Source: Clostridia bacterium (GTDB taxonomy: Bacteria > Bacillota > Clostridia > UBA1212). From it: a DNA stretch of 43,803 bases. Positions 19,589-28,997 of this stretch are shown one piece after another. The notes under the pieces are model-generated. The model worked only from the letters and a program-made list of their open reading frames with translations. It was not told the origin of the DNA and did no database searches. Each line of letters begins with the position of its first letter. Position 1 is the first letter of the stretch. The stretch lies in NCBI GenBank assembly GCA_045544575.1, contig JAZPZG010000077.1:1-43803 (forward strand), in the 5' to 3' direction. The position numbers and the translations under genes were made by a program.

Positions 19589-20971
19589 ATGGAGAAAAAT
19601 AAAAAAAATAATCTTTTTTGGAAAATATATGCCGTGTCACTTGCAACACTTACCGTTATAATGGCTGTTGCACTCATTATCGGCTATAACGTCATGATTG
19701 ATTATGAGGAGGCACAGGGTGTATTGAGCGCTGAGTCTGCTAAGATTGCCGAAGAAATAGCTGCGGGAAATTTTGACGTTCTGTTCTCAGACGAAAATGA
19801 ACAGACTGCGCCTATGATTTTTGAAAAAGAGGCGTATCTTGAAAAATTAAGCACACTTATCAAAGATGGTGTCACGTCACGCAAGGGCTTTTCGTCCGAC
19901 CGTTATACAAGGCCTGTATACGATATCATTGCAGGTGATGAAAAGATTGCATCCGTTCATTTTGTGAAGGCGGAGTCAGAGAGCAGCTTTGGCTTTGATA
20001 CTTTTAAAATCGAAAAAATAATTCCGAAAACTGACGGAAAATATTCTATAAGTGTTTACGTGCCCGAGGGTGCTGATTTGTACCTGAATGACACTGTTTT
20101 TGTAGGAAGCAAATGGATAGAGCAAACTATCGAAGAAAACGAAAATGCTGAAAACAGTCTTTTTGCAGAGCAGCAGAGCAAGCGAATCGTAAAATATACG
20201 GTTTCGGGACTTTTTGAAAATTACGAGCCTAAGGTTGTTTATGCGGAAAACAATACTGAGGCGGATATTTTCTTTGACGAAGAAACAAAAGCATGGCGCT
20301 GTGAGCCTGTGGGCATTGAAATTCTTGCACCGTCCAATTGCGAGGTTTACGTAAACGGAGTGGTTGTTTCGGGTGTTGACAGGTTTATAAGTGAATGCGA
20401 CATTAAAATAGAGGATGCCGCCGTTGCGTTAAAGTATATTGAGGAAAACATAACCATGGTACGTTATAAGGTAAGCGGACTTGAAATGCTTACAAGCGTA
20501 GAGGTTACCGCAAAATCGTTTAACGGAGGTGCACTTGACGTTGCAGTAAACCCTGACAGCGGTGTGTACGAGGTTAGTTTTTCTTCTGATGAAAGCTTGC
20601 TTGCCTCTTTCGGCGTTGACAAAAATTGGCTCATTAAGAGAGCAGAGGGATATGCAAAGGCAATCTGTGCAGATGCGAGCAAGTATGACGAGCTGCTTGC
20701 CTACGTCCTCAAAGATACGGAAGCTTATGCGGAGCTTGAGGACTTCTGGGTAGTATTTTCCAGACATAATACCTTCTGGATTGAGAACAGTGTTTGTGAG
20801 GAGTTGAAATTTTACGGCAATGAAATTTTCTCTGCCACGGTAAGTCTTGATTATTGGATAAAAGGCTTTGACGGCAATGCCAACGCAACAAAGGTTTACC
20901 CGACGACAGTAACGTTTTTCTACGTACAAAGGGATGGCGGTCTTAAAATCGTGGACTATGCGCTTGGCTGA
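19589..20971 (+). CDS. Membrane-anchored exported hypothetical protein
   Basis: N-terminal TM; two similar beta modules (VPEGADLYLND / APSNCEVYVNG); NTF2-like-looking C-terminus (FFYVQRDGGLKIVD). Confidence 0.75.
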   Translation: MEKNKKNNLFWKIYAVSLATLTVIMAVALIIGYNVMIDYEEAQGVLSAESAKIAEEIAAGNFDVLFSDENEQTAPMIFEKEAYLEKLSTLIKDGVTSRKGFSSDRYTRPVYDIIAGDEKIASVHFVKAESESSFGFDTFKIEKIIPKTDGKYSISVYVPEGADLYLNDTVFVGSKWIEQTIEENENAENSLFAEQQSKRIVKYTVSGLFENYEPKVVYAENNTEADIFFDEETKAWRCEPVGIEILAPSNCEVYVNGVVVSGVDRFISECDIKIEDAAVALKYIEENITMVRYKVSGLEMLTSVEVTAKSFNGGALDVAVNPDSGVYEVSFSSDESLLASFGVDKNWLIKRAEGYAKAICADASKYDELLAYVLKDTEAYAELEDFWVVFSRHNTFWIENSVCEELKFYGNEIFSATVSLDYWIKGFDGNANATKVYPTTVTFFYVQRDGGLKIVDYALG

Positions 20972-21001
20972 TAAATATTTGATTTTATGAGGAAGATAAT
21001 T

Positions 21002-21607
21002 ATGAATAATACTTTTTTTAAGAAAATAGCGGCAACCGCTCTTTCTGCGGTAATGTGTCTGTCTCTTTTGGCCGGTTGCGGAAAGCCCGCGGATGAAACC
21101 CCCGATAATTCACCTTCTACCACCGAAGCTCCGGTGACTTCGCAGGGTAGTTTTTCAAAGGAAATGCTTGATATTACCGTAAACGGAAAAACCTTAAAGC
21201 TCGGAGAAAACGAGAGCAGACTTGAAGAGGTTTTCGGCGAGCCGCTTAACGTTGAAGAGGCGGTAAGCTGTATGTTTGACGGCTTTGACAAAACGTATAC
21301 CTTTGAGTCATGCACCGTTTTTACTTTTCCTGCAGAGGACGGAAGCGGAAACGTTATTGACGAGGTATGGTTTTCGGGAGATAACGTTCCTGAATTGATA
21401 AAGGGTATCGGTATCGGTTCGTCAAAGGCTGATGTTGTTAAGGTACTTGGTGACAAATATTTTATGCAGGGAGAGGCAATGATGGTATATAACGCAGAGA
21501 ACAGTGCGGAGAAGTACGACAGCCTTCCTATGCTCTATTTTATGATTGAGTCCGATACCGTGACGGGTATAGGCTACTGTGCGAATTTATATCACACGGA
21601 GGCATAA
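21002..21607 (+). CDS. Lipoprotein with tandem BamE/BLIP-like repeats
   Basis: Lipobox LAGC, S/T/P linker, repeated LG...EEVFGEP / IGSSKADVVKVLGD pattern. Confidence 0.75.
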   Translation: MNNTFFKKIAATALSAVMCLSLLAGCGKPADETPDNSPSTTEAPVTSQGSFSKEMLDITVNGKTLKLGENESRLEEVFGEPLNVEEAVSCMFDGFDKTYTFESCTVFTFPAEDGSGNVIDEVWFSGDNVPELIKGIGIGSSKADVVKVLGDKYFMQGEAMMVYNAENSAEKYDSLPMLYFMIESDTVTGIGYCANLYHTEA

Positions 21608-21638
21608 GAGTTATCGTTGTTGGTTTTGAGGTAAGCAG

Positions 21639-23090
21639 ATGGTTTTCAGCAGTCCCGTTTTTGTTTTTATATTTTTGCCTGCGGTGTTCTTTGCGGTCAC
21701 CGCAGTAATGCTGTGTGGAATAAAGTCCTCACTCCGTGTAAAAATTGCAAACGTGCTGTTGCTTTTTGCGAGCCTCTTTTTCTATGCGTGGGGAGAACCC
21801 CTGCTGATATTTTTGATGGTAGGGGTAACATTATTGTGTTACCTTTTTGCTCTTTTAACAGAGCGTTTTAAGGACAACCCCGTGAAAAAAAAGGCGGCGC
21901 TTATATGTGCCGTGGTATCTGCCTTGGGGATTCTGGTGTTTTTTAAGTATGCGGGCTTTTTGGCAGATATTTTTACCGATAAAACACTCAACGTTCCTCT
22001 TCCGTTGGGAATATCTTTTTATACGTTTCAGGCGCTGTCTTACGTGATAGACGTATACAACGGAAAGGCAACCGCAACAAAAAATTTCGGCAGAGTGCTT
22101 TTGTACGTGTCACTGTTTCCTCAATTGGTTGCAGGACCGATTGTAAAGTATTCCGACGTGGACGAGCAGTTGGTATGCAGAAACTTTAATATAGAAGAAG
22201 CGGCGCATGGTCTAAGGAGATTTATATGCGGTCTTGCAAAAAAGATGCTTATAGCAAACACCGTGGCGGTTGTGGCTGATGGTGTGTTTGCCCTTGGTAG
22301 TGCAGAGCTTACGGGTGCAAGTGCTTGGTGCGGAGCACTCGCATATCTTTTCCAGATTTATTTTGACTTTTCGGGATATTCCGATATGGCAATCGGCTTG
22401 GGCGCTATGTTCGGCTTCAAGTTCAATGAAAACTTTAATTATCCTTATTCTGCGACAAGTGTACAGGACTTTTGGCGCAGATGGCATATTTCCGTATCAT
22501 CTTGGTTTAAAGAATATTTATATTTCCCGTTGGGCGGAAACAGAAAAGGTCGTTTTCGTACGTGCGTGAATAAAATTATAGTATTTTTCTTTACGGGCCT
22601 TTGGCACGGTGCCGCATTTACGTTTATCGTGTGGGGCCTTTGGCACGGATTGTTTTTACTTTTGGAGGAATACCTGCCGAAGCTGAAAAAGCAACCGTCG
22701 TCTCGTTTTGTTAAAGGCTTACTGTGTGTCGTAAAATATATTTATACGATGACGGTTGTACTGTTTGGTTTTGTGATTTTCCGTGCGGAGTCTATGTCTC
22801 AGGCATTGACGTATATGGGTAAGATGATAACCGATATAGGTTCACTTCCGAGTGCTCTTGCTCCCGCTATGGTGTTTGTGGATGGGTATACCGTGGTCAT
22901 GTTTATTCTTGCGGCAGTACTTTCTTTCCCCGTTACAAGAAAAATTTGTGATATGGCAAGGAAAAAGGGTGAGCGAGCTGAGACCGTATGCGAGGTGTTA
23001 TCCTTTGCGGGTACGGTTTTGCTGTTTGGAGCGTGTGTGCTGAGTCTTGCGGCTTCGTCGTATAACCCGTTTATATACTTTAGATTTTAA
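21639..23090 (+). CDS. MBOAT O-acyltransferase (AlgI/DltB/PatA family)
   Basis: MVFSS, LPLGISFYTFQ, FPQLVAGPI, YFDFSGYSDMAIG, FWRRWHIS, GLWHGA (catalytic His), YNPFIYFRF. Confidence 0.95.
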   Translation: MVFSSPVFVFIFLPAVFFAVTAVMLCGIKSSLRVKIANVLLLFASLFFYAWGEPLLIFLMVGVTLLCYLFALLTERFKDNPVKKKAALICAVVSALGILVFFKYAGFLADIFTDKTLNVPLPLGISFYTFQALSYVIDVYNGKATATKNFGRVLLYVSLFPQLVAGPIVKYSDVDEQLVCRNFNIEEAAHGLRRFICGLAKKMLIANTVAVVADGVFALGSAELTGASAWCGALAYLFQIYFDFSGYSDMAIGLGAMFGFKFNENFNYPYSATSVQDFWRRWHISVSSWFKEYLYFPLGGNRKGRFRTCVNKIIVFFFTGLWHGAAFTFIVWGLWHGLFLLLEEYLPKLKKQPSSRFVKGLLCVVKYIYTMTVVLFGFVIFRAESMSQALTYMGKMITDIGSLPSALAPAMVFVDGYTVVMFILAAVLSFPVTRKICDMARKKGERAETVCEVLSFAGTVLLFGACVLSLAASSYNPFIYFRF

Positions 23091-23119
23091 ATTTGAGATT
23101 GCTAAGGAGGTGCAGCGGA

Positions 23120-24553
23120 ATGGAGAACCGTGTTTCAAAGAAAAAAATAATGTATGCGGTGTTTACTGTGTTTATAATGCTTGCCGCGGCACTGCCCTTT
23201 CTTGCAATGCCTTTTTATGAAAGCAGTGCCGCCGATGCGGAACAACGTGAGCTTGCGGAGTTCCCTGCGCTGATTGATGAGGACGGCTTTAACGGTAATA
23301 TCGGCAAAGATATAGAGGAGTGGTTTCAAGACCGCTTTGCATTCAGAAGTGAGCTTGTTAACGCCGGATCTGAAATAATGCTCGGTGCGTTTGCTTCCTC
23401 CTCTGAGGACAGTGTTATCTGCGGTAAGGACGGCTGGCTTTTTTATGCAGAAACGTTGGAGTCGTATTGCGGAACGAAGAAAATGAGTGCTGCAGAGCTT
23501 GGACGACTTGCAACGGTAATTCGCCTTGAACAACAGTTTTGTACTGACAGAGGCGTTGCTTACGTTTTTGCGGCTGCGCCCAATAAGAACTCCGTATATC
23601 CCGAATATATGCAACCTCAGTATATTTGCACCGAGAGCGAAACTGACCTCGAAAAGTTAAATTTTTTACTTTTGGACAGCGGTGTAAACGTTGCGGATCT
23701 TAAGAGTGCTCTGCTTGCGGAAAAAGACAAGGGCTTGCTTTATTATTATGCGGACAGCCATTGGAATCTTGCCGGAGCGACTGTTGCATACAGAGCCATA
23801 ATGGAGCGCGCAAAGGTGCAGAATGAGTTTTATTATGATTCTTACACTGATGCGGTTTATGAAAGTGCAGAGCGAGAGGGCGACCTTTTGAAAATGGTTT
23901 TGCCGCTTGACTGCGTTGTGAAAGAGAATTCGGTAAAAAGCAATATTCCCTGCAATTACAAATATGCGGGAAGGTTTAAAACTCTTGATGATATGAGTAT
24001 CAAAACTCAAAATAAATCTGCCAACGAGAAAAACGGCGAGCTGTTGATGTTCAGAGATTCATTCGGCAGAGCTCTTATTTCTCTGTTTTCCGAACAATTT
24101 GCTTCGGCGACCTACGTGAGGACAACTCCTTTTAACCTGTACGGAAATATTTCGGGTAAGAGGCTTGTTGTTCGTGAAATCGTAGAGAGAAATCTGGATA
24201 CGCTTTTGGAGAGAGCGCCTGTAGCGACTGCGCCTGTTACGGCAGGCGGGGTGATAATGTCATCACGTGCCGTGAACGTAAGCGATGCTTCGGTAATTGT
24301 TTCCGAAGCTTCGATGGCAGGCAAGCTTACCCATGTGTACGGATTTATTGAGCAGGAAAACGGCGGTAATGACAATTACCGTGTGTTTGCGTGCGTAGAC
24401 GGTGAATATTACGAGGGCTTTCCCGTGTATGAAAGTCTTCTTTGTGAAGAATACGGTGATTGCGGCGCAGACAGGGCAGGCTTTTCATTTTACTTTGAAA
24501 GCGACGTACTTGCCGAAGGTGAGTCTGTTGAGATTTATTATGCCGCAAAATAA
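23120..24553 (+). CDS. AlgJ/AlgX-like (DHHW) SGNH polysaccharide O-acetyltransferase
   Basis: N-terminal TM, GKDGWLFY, APNKNSVYPE, DSHWN (D-x-H) and RDSFG (catalytic Ser); directly after the MBOAT. Confidence 0.88.
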   Translation: MENRVSKKKIMYAVFTVFIMLAAALPFLAMPFYESSAADAEQRELAEFPALIDEDGFNGNIGKDIEEWFQDRFAFRSELVNAGSEIMLGAFASSSEDSVICGKDGWLFYAETLESYCGTKKMSAAELGRLATVIRLEQQFCTDRGVAYVFAAAPNKNSVYPEYMQPQYICTESETDLEKLNFLLLDSGVNVADLKSALLAEKDKGLLYYYADSHWNLAGATVAYRAIMERAKVQNEFYYDSYTDAVYESAEREGDLLKMVLPLDCVVKENSVKSNIPCNYKYAGRFKTLDDMSIKTQNKSANEKNGELLMFRDSFGRALISLFSEQFASATYVRTTPFNLYGNISGKRLVVREIVERNLDTLLERAPVATAPVTAGGVIMSSRAVNVSDASVIVSEASMAGKLTHVYGFIEQENGGNDNYRVFACVDGEYYEGFPVYESLLCEEYGDCGADRAGFSFYFESDVLAEGESVEIYYAAK

Positions 24554-24586
24554 ACCGCTTGGCGGTGCTTGAAAGGAGCATGATTT

Positions 24587-26845
24587 ATGAGGGCTTTAAG
24601 GTGGCTTAAAAGAAGTGTTTGTTTGCTTTGTGCCGTTGTTGTAACGGCGGCTTTGTTTCCCGCCTGCTATTTTGCAAAAGCAGAAGAGCCGGACGTATCT
24701 CCTGAACCCTCGGCGACAGAAGCTCCTACGCCACCGCCCCCTGCGTACGTTTCCGATGTGAGTAACTTTTCCGTGGATGCGTTGCGTGAGGGCAGGGAGA
24801 GAATCTCCGTGTCGCTCGGAGGAACCTGGGAGGCGGCTGTTAAGCCCTCTTCTTTTTACGGAGAATACTTAGGAGAGCCGATTGAAGCATCGGAACAGGT
24901 AAGCTTTCCGGGAATTATAAAAGCAGAGACGTGTAAGGATTACGTTAAGAGCGATGACGGGTACTGTTTCGTGCTCAGAAGCGTTGTTACTGCGGAAAAC
25001 TTGTCGGCAGATTCTTTGGTGTTCTTTGAAATGCCGTCGATTGAAAGCGAAAAATCACTGTTCATAAACGGAACAATGGTAAAAGAGCTTGGCGCCGGTC
25101 TTGTTCGGGAGCGTATTGATATTTCGGACGTATTGACTGAGGGTGCAAATGAGATTGTTGTACTTATTAATTCCGAAAAGGCTACTGTGGAGCTTGGAGA
25201 AGAAGCGAGTATTACTGTTTCGGGTAAGGTTTTTATTGAGAACGTCAAAACCTCTTGTATTGTTGATGAGGGAATACTATCGGTAAATGTTGTTTTAAAT
25301 AATTATTCTGCAGAGGATATTAAGGACAGAGTTGAGGTGACCGTTTATGAACTCGGGACCGTGGTTAACGGGGTAAGCTCTGTTCGCAACGGAGTGGGCT
25401 TTGTTTCGGAAAACGTTGTTCTTCCTGCGGGTGAAACGGCGGAGGTTTCGGGGGTTTCGGTTAATTTGCGTGATTTTTCGGCAGACAAGTATTGGAGTCC
25501 CGAAAATCCTTATCTTTATGAAATAGAAATACGGACGTCTGTTGATACGTACGTTATGCGAACGGGAGTTAGGGAGTTTTCCGTTGCTACGGAAGAAAGC
25601 AGTTACCCCGTGCTTAACGGATCCCCCTTCTTTATGTCGGGAATAACGCTTGACTTTGATGAGTTTGTCGGCGGAGATTCGGAGCTGTTTTACAGCGTGA
25701 GAAACCGTGAGTGGATTAAAAAATTCATGTCGGAGTTAAAGGAAAAGTCTTTGTCGGTCATAAAGTCGGAGAGAGGTCTTTTCCCAAGCCTGTGGTATGA
25801 CGTTGCAGACGAACAGGGAATGTTGCTTATTTCCGAGGTATCTTTATCGGTTGCAGATGACGTCGGTGCAGAGGGATATATTTTGCAGGCAAAGAAGATA
25901 ATGGACTTGCTTTATAACAATCCGTCTGTGGCGGTATGGGATATGTCGGATGCCGTGGCGGATTCCGAGCTGCTTCGTAAAATCGTTGACGGTCTGCGTG
26001 ATTTTGATATTCAAGGGAGACCGTTTGACTGCGGTTTTGCCATTGAGCCTGCAAGTGAAAAAGATATTATAGAGTGTGATATATCAGAGCTTGAAATTGA
26101 GGACATTGTTGAGAACGGAGTTTACACGGAAGGCAGCGGAGGGGTGATTTATTATCCCGAGGAACACTCGTGGAACGTTAAGGAGCAAAAAAATCCGAAA
26201 ATAATAACCAACTACGGAACAGAAAAACAGAGCACCGAGGAATTGTTGCTTTTGACTGAGTATCTTCGTGTTCAGCGCAAATTTGCGGGAATACTGATGT
26301 CTGCAGAGCTTATAAGCACCGAGGCGGGAACTTACGTTGCTTCGAATGCACTTGATCGGGTAGGTTTGACCGTTGAATATTATTCCGAAACGAGCGGCAG
26401 AGGTGATACCGTAAGCTTTGACGTCGCCGTGATGAATGATACCGCAGAAAATATAGATGACCTAAACGTTACCGTTGTACTTAGGAACGGTGAGGATGAA
26501 ATCTTTTCAAAAACAACCCTTTATGACAGTATAAAAAAATACGGCAGTGACGGGCGTGACATTGCAAGAAGAAAATTTGATATTGAGATTCCTGCATATA
26601 TTCCCGACAATACCGTGACAGTAATAGAAGCTCATTTTTCATTAAACGGCAAGGTTATAAAAAGCACCCGAAAGATTACAATAAACGGCGGTGTACCGTA
26701 CGAGTCTCCGTATTCAACGTTGTTTGTTGCAGGTACGGTAGGTGCGTGCATATTAATAATCGCTTCCGCCGCGGCAATTGCCTTTGCACAGCAGAAGCGA
26801 AATGACTTGAAAAATAAGAATCTTAAAAAAACAAGTGCTCAATGA
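24587..26845 (+). CDS. GH2 (beta-galactosidase/glucuronidase)-fold surface protein, apparently catalytically inactive
   Basis: Signal peptide, C-terminal TM with basic tail; GH2 motifs SLGGTW, WSPENPYLY, GVREF, LNGSPFFMSG, YDVADEQGML, NNPSVAVW; both catalytic Glu positions appear substituted. Confidence 0.82.
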   Translation: MRALRWLKRSVCLLCAVVVTAALFPACYFAKAEEPDVSPEPSATEAPTPPPPAYVSDVSNFSVDALREGRERISVSLGGTWEAAVKPSSFYGEYLGEPIEASEQVSFPGIIKAETCKDYVKSDDGYCFVLRSVVTAENLSADSLVFFEMPSIESEKSLFINGTMVKELGAGLVRERIDISDVLTEGANEIVVLINSEKATVELGEEASITVSGKVFIENVKTSCIVDEGILSVNVVLNNYSAEDIKDRVEVTVYELGTVVNGVSSVRNGVGFVSENVVLPAGETAEVSGVSVNLRDFSADKYWSPENPYLYEIEIRTSVDTYVMRTGVREFSVATEESSYPVLNGSPFFMSGITLDFDEFVGGDSELFYSVRNREWIKKFMSELKEKSLSVIKSERGLFPSLWYDVADEQGMLLISEVSLSVADDVGAEGYILQAKKIMDLLYNNPSVAVWDMSDAVADSELLRKIVDGLRDFDIQGRPFDCGFAIEPASEKDIIECDISELEIEDIVENGVYTEGSGGVIYYPEEHSWNVKEQKNPKIITNYGTEKQSTEELLLLTEYLRVQRKFAGILMSAELISTEAGTYVASNALDRVGLTVEYYSETSGRGDTVSFDVAVMNDTAENIDDLNVTVVLRNGEDEIFSKTTLYDSIKKYGSDGRDIARRKFDIEIPAYIPDNTVTVIEAHFSLNGKVIKSTRKITINGGVPYESPYSTLFVAGTVGACILIIASAAAIAFAQQKRNDLKNKNLKKTSAQ

Positions 26846-27404
26846 GTATTTTAAGACCAATAAAAATAAGAACGATGCCGCCTGCTATCTGCGCCTTGTC
26901 TTTTAGCGCTCCGCCTGCAAAGGTCCCTATATATACACCTGCAAGACAACACAGGAACGTGATTACGGCAATTGAAACAGCGGAGGTTAAAATGCTTGCG
27001 CCCGCAAGTGCAAGGCTGATTCCTACTGCGAAAGCATCAATGCTGGTGGCAACACTTTGGACAAGCAAGGAGGTTATTGTGAGTTTTTTTATCTCACAGT
27101 AGCTTTCTCCTTTTTTGTGCGACTTATTTTCCTTTATGGCTTCTGCTATCATATTAATACCGATTCCGGCAAGAAGCACAAAGGCAACCCAGTGGTCTAT
27201 CGCTTTTATTTTTTCTGCAAAAACGTTGCCTGTAAAATATCCCAAGGCAGGCATTATTCCCTGAAAAAGTCCGAAAGATGCCGCCATCGTGATTCGCATA
27301 CCCGTGCGCATGTCCTTGTAGCAAAGACCGTTGGTGATTGAAACGGCAAAAGCATCCATGGCAAGGCCCAAGCCAAGCATTACAGTCGTTAAAAATTCTA
27401 TCAA
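26823..27404 (-). CDS. mntP: Manganese efflux pump MntP
   Basis: Duplicated motifs LAMDAFAVS and ATSIDAFAVG, FGLFQGIMP, DHWVAF; TTG start with GGAGG RBS. Confidence 0.93.
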   Translation of the reverse strand: MIEFLTTVMLGLGLAMDAFAVSITNGLCYKDMRTGMRITMAASFGLFQGIMPALGYFTGNVFAEKIKAIDHWVAFVLLAGIGINMIAEAIKENKSHKKGESYCEIKKLTITSLLVQSVATSIDAFAVGISLALAGASILTSAVSIAVITFLCCLAGVYIGTFAGGALKDKAQIAGGIVLIFIGLKILIEHLFF

Positions 27405-27450
27405 AAGAATACCTCCGAAAAGTTTCTCTGTCCTTAGAAGAACGTTTTAC

Positions 27451-27480
27451 AGTATACCATAGCTTGCTTAAAAAGGACAA
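27451..27480 (-). promoter_or_regulatory. Sigma-A promoter for mntP
   Basis: Minus strand TTGTCC-18 bp-TATACT with TG extension. Confidence 0.6.
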
Positions 27481-27673
27481 GTATTTAAATTATTATATTC
27501 AACCGCTGACTGGTTTATCGAGCAGTCTTGCAAAAATACGAGTTGAGGCAGAATATTAACGCCGTCGATGATTTTGAATTTTTACAGCAAACTCACTTCC
27601 CAAAATTGAAAAAATTATAAATTTGGGTAACGCAATTAACGAAATATTTGTTTATCCGAGCAAACATTTAGTA

Positions 27674-27702
27674 TTCACAAAAAAATAAGTTTATGTTAGA
27701 AT
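27674..27702 (+). promoter_or_regulatory. Sigma-A promoter for the aminotransferase
   Basis: TTCACA-17 bp-TAGAAT with TG extension. Confidence 0.65.
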
Positions 27703-27743
27703 ATTGGTCATATGATAAAAGCTATTACTTATGAGGTGTAATT

Positions 27744-28937
27744 ATGTTATCAAAAGCTTACAGTAAAAACGTAAATAACCGCTCTGTTATAAGAGAATGT
27801 TTTGAATACAGTAAAAGAAGAGCCGCAGAGGTAGGCGCAGAAAACGTGTTTGATTTCAGTATAGGAAACCCCAACGTTCCGCCGCCGGAGATTCTCACGG
27901 AAACCGTACAGAAAATCACAAGGGATTTTTCTCCCGTCGAGATACACGGCTATCCGAGCGCAGAGGGTATTCCTGCCACACGCAGGGCAATAGCTGAGTC
28001 TCTTAACAGAAAGTACGGCATGTCGTATACCGAGAAAAATATTTTGATGACGAACGGTGCGGCGGCAGCCATAAGTATATGCTTCAGGGCAGTTACCGAT
28101 TTCGGTGAAGATGATGAAATTATCACCTTTGCTCCTTTCTTCCCCGAGTACACTGTGTTTGTAAGAAGCTCCGGGGCAAAGCTCGTTGTCGTTCCTGCAG
28201 ATATTGAATCTTTTCAGATAAACTTTGACGAGCTTGAAAAACGCCTTACACCCAAAACGAAGGCGGTTTTGATAAATTCGCCCAACAACCCAAGCGGAGC
28301 CGTTTACAGTGAGGAAACCATAAAGCGCCTCGCTGCGGTGCTTGAAGAGAAGCAGAAGGAGTACGGACACTCAATATATATTATTTCCGATGAACCGTAC
28401 CGCGAGATAGTGTTCGGCGGATTCAGTGTTCCGTACGTTCCCAAGTATTACAAGAATACACTTGTGTGTTATTCCTACAGTAAATCTTTGTCAATTCCGG
28501 GCGAGCGTATAGGTTATATTGCTTTTTCGGATGAAGCGGAGGATTCTGCTATATTGCTCGGAGTTCTTGCAGGTGCGGCACGTGACATGTCATACGTCGG
28601 TGTTCCTACGCTTTTCCAGATGGTAATAGAGCGCTGTGTTGACGAAACGTCTGACCTTTCCGTTTATCAAAGAAATAAAGATATTCTCTATAGCGGTCTT
28701 GTTTCCATGGGATATGAGTGTGTTGAGCCGGGCGGAACGTTCTATGCTTTCCCTCGTTCATTGGAGCCTGATGCCGCCGCTTTTTGCGAGAGGGCAAGAA
28801 AATACGACCTTGTTTTGGTTCCGGGTGACGGCTTCGGATGTCCCGGACACGTCAGAATAGCGTTTTGTACCTCTACCGACAAGGTTGAGCGTTCCCTGGA
28901 GCGCTTCGAGAAGCTGATAAAGGAATATAAAGGATAA
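27744..28937 (+). CDS. PLP-dependent class I/II (aspartate-type) aminotransferase
   Basis: FSIGNP, INSPNNPSG, SDEPYRE, SYSKSLSIPGERIG (PLP Lys), VRIAFC. Confidence 0.93.
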   Translation: MLSKAYSKNVNNRSVIRECFEYSKRRAAEVGAENVFDFSIGNPNVPPPEILTETVQKITRDFSPVEIHGYPSAEGIPATRRAIAESLNRKYGMSYTEKNILMTNGAAAAISICFRAVTDFGEDDEIITFAPFFPEYTVFVRSSGAKLVVVPADIESFQINFDELEKRLTPKTKAVLINSPNNPSGAVYSEETIKRLAAVLEEKQKEYGHSIYIISDEPYREIVFGGFSVPYVPKYYKNTLVCYSYSKSLSIPGERIGYIAFSDEAEDSAILLGVLAGAARDMSYVGVPTLFQMVIERCVDETSDLSVYQRNKDILYSGLVSMGYECVEPGGTFYAFPRSLEPDAAAFCERARKYDLVLVPGDGFGCPGHVRIAFCTSTDKVERSLERFEKLIKEYKG

Positions 28938-28997
28938 TAATTCTTAACTTGAACCGTTTTTTGTACATATAATAAATCATAAAAAGGAGGGAAAGGC

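Noticed and set aside
28944-28973. Internal promoter for the CDF gene
   Set aside because: TATAAT is present, but the best -35 (TTGAAC) is only 13 bp away; too weak to call.
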